From contig JBDTAC010000068.1 of the NCBI GenBank assembly GCA_039924845.1, positions 925 to 64,924 on the forward strand: a stretch of DNA of 64,000 nucleotides, written 5' to 3'. The DNA is from Bacteroidia bacterium. GTDB taxonomy: Bacteria > Bacteroidota > Bacteroidia > DATLTG01. The notes beneath the pieces are model-generated. The model searched no databases. It had not been told where the DNA came from and saw only the letters and a list, made by a program, of their open reading frames with translations. The translations under genes and the position numbers were made by a program. Below are positions 47,504-55,047 of this stretch, in pieces (the first letter of the stretch is position 1; the number at the start of each line of letters is the position of its first letter).

Positions 47504-48376
47504 ATGAAAAATAATTTTTCTATTTCAGTTAGTTTTGTTGAAACCTATACAGGAAGATTTAGGTTCGGATTAAGTGGAATGGAGAAAGACGATGAGATTT
47601 ATGGCACTGGAAACGCCTACACCACCGAGTTTAGAGAACTGGACACCCGTTTAGGTGGCAGGTGTTGGAGCTTAGACACGAAAACAAAAGCAGGGGAATC
47701 TCCTTATGTTGGTTTTGGTGATAATCCGATTGTTTACTGCGATCCTTTTGGTAAGGATACATTGCCTTCAAGTAGTAGCGGCTTACCTTTAAAAAATTTG
47801 AAACCAGTATCAATAGTGGCAGATAGACCAAAACCGCCTCCTACTGAAAGTGAAGTTCCTCAGTCTGCACAAAATGCTATTTTAGGAGATACGGTAAGTT
47901 TTGCTAAGAATAATGGAGAATCTTTGGATTTAATTGGTGATTTAGGTTCTGGTTTAAAAGAAACAGCCAAAATAGTAAAAAATAGCCATGTTGCAGCAGT
48001 AGTAGGATATGCAGGAGATGGATTGAATTTTATAGGCTACGGAGGCGACATTCTTAATTTTGAGGCTAATAGAGAAGATTACGTAAGTGGAGAAATAAGT
48101 GGCAAAAGATTTGCCTACAAAACAACAGGAACTGTTCTTTCGGTTGGAACGGACTTAGCAGTTTCTTATGGATTATTAGAGTCAATAGGGATTGGGGCAG
48201 GAATCGGTTCAACAGGATTTGACCCTGCTGGTGCTTTATTAGGAGGAGCTGTAGGAGGACTTTTCTGGTTAGGAGAAAAAGCGTACGATCATCTTCCAAA
48301 AAAATCTTCAAAAGAATATTCAAAAGAATCTCAAGAATTTGAAAAGATTATTACAAGTAATCATTTTATACTATAA
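47504..48376 (+). CDS. orphan RHS C-terminal cassette with glycine-zipper (putative membrane-disrupting) toxin domain
   Basis: MKNNFSISVSFVETYTGRFRFGLSGMEKDDEIYGTGNAYTTEFRELDTRLGGRCWSLD...DPFGKD, then a Gly-rich GxxxG segment (GIGAGIGSTGFDPAGALLGGAVGGLFWLG). Confidence 0.65.
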   Translation: MKNNFSISVSFVETYTGRFRFGLSGMEKDDEIYGTGNAYTTEFRELDTRLGGRCWSLDTKTKAGESPYVGFGDNPIVYCDPFGKDTLPSSSSGLPLKNLKPVSIVADRPKPPPTESEVPQSAQNAILGDTVSFAKNNGESLDLIGDLGSGLKETAKIVKNSHVAAVVGYAGDGLNFIGYGGDILNFEANREDYVSGEISGKRFAYKTTGTVLSVGTDLAVSYGLLESIGIGAGIGSTGFDPAGALLGGAVGGLFWLGEKAYDHLPKKSSKEYSKESQEFEKIITSNHFIL

Positions 48377-48385
48377 ACAGAGGCT

Positions 48386-48907
48386 GTGGACTCCTCGTTA
48401 AAACATAAAAACATTATGACCTTAAAAATTACCCTTAAAAACCAATTCGATGCCTTTAACTATCAAATTTTTGGGATTGTTATAATGGGTATTTATTTAT
48501 ATTTTTTTCCAGGTTTAGGATACTTAATAGCACTTACTTGTGGATGGTTATTTTCTGCTCTTCCTGCCATTTATTTACATATAGAATATTACTTAAGAAA
48601 CAAAGGAGAAGAAATTACCATAAATTTTGACGAACTAATTGTGAAAAAAAATGGTGTTGAAAAAAAATACAAAAACCAAGATTTTGAAAAAATAGTTGTG
48701 TACATGGCAGTATCGTACAATTTCGCCATTATAGGAATGCAGTATTATTTTTACACTCGCCTTATCACAACAAAAGGAGAAGAAATTATCATCACTTGTT
48801 TAATGACTCGAAAGATGGAAGAAGTATTAAAAACATTGGGTGCTCCTTATAAAATTAGTAGACTGCCCCTTTTTTACAGCTTGCGTTTTGGTCGGTTAAA
48901 AAAATAA
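48386..48907 (+). CDS. putative membrane immunity protein
   Basis: 173 aa with at least two TM helices (IFGIVIMGIYLYFFPGLGYLIALTCGWLFSALPAIYL); immediately downstream of cassette 4. Confidence 0.45.
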   Translation: MDSSLKHKNIMTLKITLKNQFDAFNYQIFGIVIMGIYLYFFPGLGYLIALTCGWLFSALPAIYLHIEYYLRNKGEEITINFDELIVKKNGVEKKYKNQDFEKIVVYMAVSYNFAIIGMQYYFYTRLITTKGEEIIITCLMTRKMEEVLKTLGAPYKISRLPLFYSLRFGRLKK

Positions 48908-50166
48908 TTTTTCAACCACCAATTATTGGAGAAAAAACAAGTTTCAAAAAATAATTTTTTCGAAAGCACTTTCTCAACAGATGCAATGACAGCATTTGCA
49001 ACGGTTTTGACTTGGTCATCTGTTAAATCATAAAAAACAGGCAAGGATATTTCACGCGAATAATTATCGAATGTAACAGGATAGTTTTTTACATCATATC
49101 CAAGCGATTTGTAAAAACTCATCATCGGAACGGGAATAAAATGCACGTTCACGGAAACATCTAAATCAAAAATAGATTGAATGATTTCGTCGCGTTGTGG
49201 TTCCGTAATTCCTTTTATCCGCAAAGGATATAAATGGAAGGAAGAAGTTTTCTCATTTGTATTTTGTTCTGGAATTTCTGCCCATTTGTGTTTGGAAAGG
49301 TATTGATTGTAAACAGAAATAATGTGTTTCCGTTTTACTAAGGTGTCGTTTTTATAACGCGCTAATTCTACTCTGCCAATGGATGCTGCGATGTCCGTCA
49401 TGTTGCATTTATAGCCGGGTTCTACAATATCGTAGCGCCAATTTCCTTTTTGTGATTTTGCCAGCGCATCTTTATTTTGTCCGTGCAAAGATTTTATGCA
49501 AAGCGATTGATACAAACTATCGTTATCAAAAGGAGCGGGAAAATTCAGTGCAATGGCGCCACCTTCGGCAGTAGTTAAATTTTTTACGGCATGAAAAGAA
49601 AAGACCGAAACATCTGTTAAACTGCCCGATGTACGGTTTTTATAAATCGCGCCAAACGAATGTGCTGCATCTGCGAGAATTAAAATACGACCTAATTTTT
49701 TTTGTTCTAAAGTATCTCCCGAAAATTTATTTTTCAAACGAATGACTAATTCATTTAATTCATCGTAATCACATGGAAATCCACCAAAATCCACTGGCAT
49801 AATTACTTTTGTTTTGGATGTAATTGCTTTTTCAATCGCAGAAATGGAAATATTAAAATCATTTTTATTCACATCCACAAAAACAGGAGTAGCGCCGCAG
49901 TGCATAATTACATTGGCAGTAGCGGCATACGTATAAGCTGGAAGAATAACTTCGTCGCCGGCTTTTACACCAAACCAACGCAACATTAATTCCATGCCTG
50001 CCGTAGCCGAATTTAAACACAGCGTGCTTTTGTTGCCGCAATAGTGTGTTATTTCTTTCTCGAAAAATTTTGTTTTCGGACCGGTGGTAATCCAGCCAGA
50101 TTGCAAGGCGAGCGTTACTTCGTCGATTATTTTTTGGTCGATGTGCGGAGGCGAAAATGGGATCAT
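48874..50166 (-). CDS. DegT/DnrJ/EryC1/StrS-family PLP-dependent sugar aminotransferase (ArnB-like)
   Basis: Start at MIPFSPPHIDQKIIDEV; PLP-lysine region (SFHAVKNLTTAEGGAI). The last ~25 codons are encoded by two copies of the palindromic motif (…KKLFFETCFFSNNWWLKNYFFNRPKRKL). Confidence 0.85.
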   Translation of the reverse strand: MIPFSPPHIDQKIIDEVTLALQSGWITTGPKTKFFEKEITHYCGNKSTLCLNSATAGMELMLRWFGVKAGDEVILPAYTYAATANVIMHCGATPVFVDVNKNDFNISISAIEKAITSKTKVIMPVDFGGFPCDYDELNELVIRLKNKFSGDTLEQKKLGRILILADAAHSFGAIYKNRTSGSLTDVSVFSFHAVKNLTTAEGGAIALNFPAPFDNDSLYQSLCIKSLHGQNKDALAKSQKGNWRYDIVEPGYKCNMTDIAASIGRVELARYKNDTLVKRKHIISVYNQYLSKHKWAEIPEQNTNEKTSSFHLYPLRIKGITEPQRDEIIQSIFDLDVSVNVHFIPVPMMSFYKSLGYDVKNYPVTFDNYSREISLPVFYDLTDDQVKTVANAVIASVEKVLSKKLFFETCFFSNNWWLKNYFFNRPKRKL

Positions 50167-50269
50167 AAAAAAAGTTTGAAAAGCAAAGGTATAAAACGAT
50201 TGAAAATGAAGAAACACTTTCGCTATAATCGGTCTTTTGTATAACTTTGTCTGCCAGAAAAATATTTTT

Positions 50270-52270
50270 ATGATTACAGCTCAAACAGAAATTCGGTTTA
50301 ACCGAAAAAAATACAAAGATTCTACCCTTCTTGCGCTCTACAATGGCTTACTGAAGCCGCGCATGATAGAAGAAAAAATGCTTTTATTACTTCGTCAAGG
50401 AAAAATTTCCAAATGGTTTTCGGGTATCGGACAAGAAGCTTCATCTGTGGGAGTGGCGATGGCATTGGAAAAAGAAGAATATATTTTGCCGATGCACCGC
50501 AATCTGGGTGTTTTTACTTCGCGTGAAATTCCTTTGAATCGTCTTTTTGCTCAATTTCAAGGGAAAGAAAGCGGCTTTACAAAAGGTAGAGATCGCTCGT
50601 TTCATTTCGGAACGCAGGAATATAAAATTATCGGAATGATTTCGCATCTCGGTCCGCAATTGGGGATTGCCGACGGAATTGCATTGGGGAATCTTTTGAA
50701 AAAAAACAATCAAGTAACAGCAGTTTATTCGGGTGATGGCGGCGCGAGCGAAGGTGATTTTCATGAATCGCTGAACGTGGCTGCTGTGTGGGATTTGCCA
50801 GTTATTTTTGTTGTGGAAAATAACGGTTATGGTTTGTCTACGCCTTCGAACGAGCAATTTCGTTGTAAACAATTTATTGATAAAGCCATTGGTTATGGGA
50901 TGGAAGGCGTGCAGGTAGACGGAAATAATGTGTTGGAAGTGTACGACACGGTTTTGAAAATTGCAGAATCCATTCGTAAACGTCCGCATCCGATATTGTT
51001 GGAATGTATGACGTTTCGTATGCGCGGACACGAAGAAGCGTCGGGTACCAAATATGTTCCGAAAGAATTGATGGAAGAATGGGGAAAAAAAGATCCTCTG
51101 AATAATTATGAAAAATATTTGTTGGAAGAAAGTGTGTTGACCGAAACGATTATTCAAGAATACCGCAGCGAAATAAAACAGGAAATTGATAAAGGCTTGG
51201 AAATTGCATACGCTGAAAACATCGTAAAGCCAGATGCGCAAAGAGAATTAGGTGATATGTACGCACCTTTTGCAAATGTTTCCGTTGCTCCGAAATCTGA
51301 AAAAAAATCAAGTAAACGTTTGATTGACGCTATTTCTGATGGTTTACGTCAGGCGATGAGAAAACATTCTGAATTGGTTTTAATGGGACAAGATATTGCG
51401 GAGTACGGTGGAGTTTTTAAAATCACGGAAGGCTTTTTGGCGGAGTTTGGAAAAGAGCGTGTGCGCAATACGCCTTTGTGCGAATCGGCGATTATCGGTT
51501 CTGGATTCGGCTTGTCTATCAACGGTTTTAAGGCAATGGTGGAAATGCAGTTTGCGGATTTCGTAACCTGTGGATTCAATCAAATTATCAATAATTTAGC
51601 GAAATCGCATTACCGTTGGGGACAAAATGCCGATGTGGTAATTCGTATGCCGACAGGTGCAGGCGTAGGAGCTGGACCGTTTCATTCTCAATCTAACGAA
51701 GCTTGGTTTTTTCATACACCCGGATTAAAAATTGTGTATCCTGCTTTTCCATCTGATGCAAAAGGTTTGTTGTTAGCAGCTTTTGACGATACAAACCCAG
51801 TTTTGTTTTTCGAACACAAAGCACTTTACAGAAGTATTTCGGAAGATATTTCGGATGATTATTATACGATTGAAATTGGAAAAGCAAAATTGTTGAAAAC
51901 AGGAACTCAACTTTCTGTTATTACCTACGGAATGGGCGTGCATTGGGCTTTAGAGATTTTGAATTTGCATCCTGAAATTTCTGCCGACTTGATTGATTTG
52001 CGAACTTTATTGCCTTACGACAAACAAGCTATTATTGATTCCGTGAAAAAAACTGGAAAAGCTTTGGTGTTGCACGAAGATACTTTTACAGGCGGAATTG
52101 GCGGCGAAATTGCCTCCATGATTTCTGAAAATTGTTTTGAAAGTCTGGATGCGCCAGTGGTGCGGAGCGCGAGTTTGGATACTCCCGTTCCGATGTCGGC
52201 AGAATTAGAAGCTGATTTTTTACCGAAAGAGAGATTTGAAAAACAATTAATAGCGCTTTTTAACTATTGA
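50270..52270 (+). CDS. fused 2-oxoacid dehydrogenase E1 component alpha/beta subunits (TPP-dependent)
   Basis: Alpha-subunit TPP motif (GDGGASEGDFHESLNVAAVWDLPVIFVVENNGYGLST) followed by the beta/transketolase-like domain in a single 667-aa ORF. Confidence 0.85.
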   Translation: MITAQTEIRFNRKKYKDSTLLALYNGLLKPRMIEEKMLLLLRQGKISKWFSGIGQEASSVGVAMALEKEEYILPMHRNLGVFTSREIPLNRLFAQFQGKESGFTKGRDRSFHFGTQEYKIIGMISHLGPQLGIADGIALGNLLKKNNQVTAVYSGDGGASEGDFHESLNVAAVWDLPVIFVVENNGYGLSTPSNEQFRCKQFIDKAIGYGMEGVQVDGNNVLEVYDTVLKIAESIRKRPHPILLECMTFRMRGHEEASGTKYVPKELMEEWGKKDPLNNYEKYLLEESVLTETIIQEYRSEIKQEIDKGLEIAYAENIVKPDAQRELGDMYAPFANVSVAPKSEKKSSKRLIDAISDGLRQAMRKHSELVLMGQDIAEYGGVFKITEGFLAEFGKERVRNTPLCESAIIGSGFGLSINGFKAMVEMQFADFVTCGFNQIINNLAKSHYRWGQNADVVIRMPTGAGVGAGPFHSQSNEAWFFHTPGLKIVYPAFPSDAKGLLLAAFDDTNPVLFFEHKALYRSISEDISDDYYTIEIGKAKLLKTGTQLSVITYGMGVHWALEILNLHPEISADLIDLRTLLPYDKQAIIDSVKKTGKALVLHEDTFTGGIGGEIASMISENCFESLDAPVVRSASLDTPVPMSAELEADFLPKERFEKQLIALFNY

Positions 52271-52364
52271 AAAAAATAATTTTCGGAAGCCTTTTTTTAA
52301 GAGTTGAATTTTAGATGAATCTTTTCCAAGAATACGCTAAATTTGAGGAAATTATTTTTCAGGA

Positions 52365-54959
52365 ATGGGCAAGCGCAGATTGCGATCAAAACTAATCGAA
52401 ACCTTCAGCAAAAAATCCGTTTGGCAAGTATTGCTGGCTTTGCTGATGCTTTCTTTGTGTTTGTTTTTCGTGAAAAATCAGCACTTGGAATTGGTCGCCA
52501 TTCAAGACAAATTAGAAAATGCCAATTTATTTTACGTAGGCATCGGATTTCTTTTTACCATTTTTTACATTCTGCTGCAAGGCTTGATGTATCAATACAG
52601 TTTTAAATCCATTTACCAAAAAGTGGGTTTAAAAACAGCTTGCATTTTATTTTTAAAACGAAATGTAGTGAGTGTTTTCTTGCCTGCCGGAGGTTTTTCT
52701 TCGCTCGCTTTTTTCACAAAACCCATCGAACAAAAAAATATTACGAAAACACAAATTCATTTTGCATCCTACATTTACGGGCTTTGCGGAATTGTTTCGG
52801 TCGCGGTTGTTGCCATCCCAACTTTGCTGTACATGCTTCTCAAAAACAGCATTACGTCCAACGAAATGTTCGCTTTTGGGGGATTGATTTTACTGATTTT
52901 TATTTTAGTTTTCGCTGCTTATTCTTTGATGAAAGAAGGAGTCGTGTATCGCTTTGTCATTCGCTACGTACCTGATTTAGCAATGATTTTAGATGAACTT
53001 CGAAATCAAAAAGTAAGTAAGAAAAATTTTATTTTAGTAAATATTCTTTCCTTTTTTATCGAAGTAGTCGGTATTGCGCACGTGTATATCGCCATGTTGG
53101 CACTCGGTATTTCACCTTCATTCGAAGCCGCCATAATTGCCTATGTGGTGATGGTGATGTTACTCATTGTTTCTCCATTTTTGCGCGGCATGGGAGCCAT
53201 CGAAGTAACCATGACGTACACTTTGGTTCAATACGGATTTACTACTATTGGCGCAGCTTCTGTAACATTATTATTTCGGTTTTTCGAATTTTGGTTGCCG
53301 CTTTTAACAGGCGCTGTTACGTTTATTTTAAAGAAAGATAATTTACTATTGCGCATTTTGCCTTCCATCATTATTTTAATTCTCGGCATCATTAATATTA
53401 TTTCTGCCATCACTCCATCTATACCAGCACGATTGCATTTGCTGGAAAGTATTTTGCCTTTGGATGTCATCAATATTTCTAATTTTTTAGTAATTGTTTT
53501 TGGATTTATGTTGATTATTTTATCCATGTATTTGTTACGAGGTGTAAAAACTGCGTGGTGGTTGGCGGTTGTGATTACTGCCTTATCCGTTTTGGGACAC
53601 ATCGCAAAAGCCTTTGATTACGAAGAAGCCACGCTTGCGCTGATATCTTGCGCAGCACTTATTTACACGAAAAAACAATATTCTGTGAAACCTGATCCAC
53701 GTTTGGCACGACTCAGTATTACTACTTTTTTAATCACTTTTGCCTGTGTTTTTTTATACGGAATTCTCGGATTTTATTTTTTAGACAAACGACATTTCCA
53801 AATAGATTTTTCGTGGACGGCATCTATAAAAACATTTTTGAAAATATTCTTTTTATTTGATGCCGGAGAACTCCATCCACACACAAAATTTGCGCGAAAT
53901 TTTTTATTTTCTATTTATTTCTTTGGCTTTGCAGCCATTTCGTTTGTGCTGTTCAGTATTTTGCGACCTTTTGTGAAAGACCAACAATCGGAAGAAAGTG
54001 AGGTAGATGAAGCGGAAAAATTAGTACAGAAATATGGAAAATCATCGCTCGATTATTTCAAAACTTATTTGGATAAATATTTCTTTTTTACTGCCGATCG
54101 CGAAGCATTTATTTCTTATAAAGTCGGCGGAAATTATGCCATTGTATTGGAAGATCCAGTTTGTGCCGATGTAAACAAAATGACAGAAGCCATTGTCGAA
54201 TTTGAAAAATATTGTCGTGACAATGGACTGAAAGCGCTTTATTATCGAGTTCCAGAAGCCAGTTTGCCGATTTATACTTCATTGAAAAAAAAGCATTTAA
54301 TTATTGGTCAAGAAGCCGTTTTGGATCTTTCTACATTTAGTTTGCAAGGTGGAAAAATGAAATCCATTCGCAATGCGATTAAGAAAGTAGAAACTTCGGG
54401 TTATCATTTAAAAATACACGAAGCGCCTGTAAAGGATGGCGTTTTGCAAAAATTAAAATCTGTTTCAGACGAATGGTTGAAGGATAATAATAGAGATGAA
54501 TTGTATTTATCGCAAGGTATTTTTGATTTCGAAACTTTGAAAATAACGCCTATTTTGACTGTTGAAAATGCGGAAGAACAAGTAGTGGCTTTTGTAAATA
54601 TAATGCCAGATTATTTTCCAGAAAGTGGCACGTACGATTTAATTCGAAAAACAAATGCGGCGCCCAACGGCTCACTCGATTTTTTAATGGTGAGTATGTT
54701 TGAGTATTTTAAAACAAAAAATATTCGCTACGTAAATTTAGGTTTGGCAACACTTTCAGGAATTGAAAAAGGCGAAAACTTTACGGAAAAAACAATGAAA
54801 TTCGCTTACGAAAATATTCGCTCCTTTTCACATTACAAAGGCTTGAGAGATTACAAAGAAAAATTTGGACCCGACTGGAAAAATAAATTTTTGATTTATG
54901 ATAACAGTTACGATTTATTGCAAATACCCAGCGCCATTTCGAAAGTTACAAAAGAATAA
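52365..54959 (+). CDS. MprF-like bifunctional aminoacyl-phosphatidylglycerol synthase/flippase (LPG_synthase_TM + DUF2156)
   Basis: About 14 N-terminal TM helices plus a 330-aa C-terminal soluble domain of the phosphatidylglycerol lysyltransferase type. Confidence 0.7.
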   Translation: MGKRRLRSKLIETFSKKSVWQVLLALLMLSLCLFFVKNQHLELVAIQDKLENANLFYVGIGFLFTIFYILLQGLMYQYSFKSIYQKVGLKTACILFLKRNVVSVFLPAGGFSSLAFFTKPIEQKNITKTQIHFASYIYGLCGIVSVAVVAIPTLLYMLLKNSITSNEMFAFGGLILLIFILVFAAYSLMKEGVVYRFVIRYVPDLAMILDELRNQKVSKKNFILVNILSFFIEVVGIAHVYIAMLALGISPSFEAAIIAYVVMVMLLIVSPFLRGMGAIEVTMTYTLVQYGFTTIGAASVTLLFRFFEFWLPLLTGAVTFILKKDNLLLRILPSIIILILGIINIISAITPSIPARLHLLESILPLDVINISNFLVIVFGFMLIILSMYLLRGVKTAWWLAVVITALSVLGHIAKAFDYEEATLALISCAALIYTKKQYSVKPDPRLARLSITTFLITFACVFLYGILGFYFLDKRHFQIDFSWTASIKTFLKIFFLFDAGELHPHTKFARNFLFSIYFFGFAAISFVLFSILRPFVKDQQSEESEVDEAEKLVQKYGKSSLDYFKTYLDKYFFFTADREAFISYKVGGNYAIVLEDPVCADVNKMTEAIVEFEKYCRDNGLKALYYRVPEASLPIYTSLKKKHLIIGQEAVLDLSTFSLQGGKMKSIRNAIKKVETSGYHLKIHEAPVKDGVLQKLKSVSDEWLKDNNRDELYLSQGIFDFETLKITPILTVENAEEQVVAFVNIMPDYFPESGTYDLIRKTNAAPNGSLDFLMVSMFEYFKTKNIRYVNLGLATLSGIEKGENFTEKTMKFAYENIRSFSHYKGLRDYKEKFGPDWKNKFLIYDNSYDLLQIPSAISKVTKE

Positions 54960-55047
54960 GTTTTTTCTTTTCGAAAAAATGATTTAAAAAAATAATTTTT
55001 CAATTCGAAATTTTGACTTCAAAAAGAGGCTTCAAAAAAATAATTTT

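Larger units (their letters stand above)
33850..48910. mobile_element. accessory genomic island: orphan RHS-CT toxin/immunity cassettes interleaved with remnants of an integrative element (two tyrosine recombinases plus two decayed copies of the recombinase 3' end)
   Basis: Sits between conserved housekeeping genes. Contains recombinases, a replication-type P-loop protein, a truncated MTase, duplicated junction sequences and polymorphic-toxin cassettes. Confidence 0.6.
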
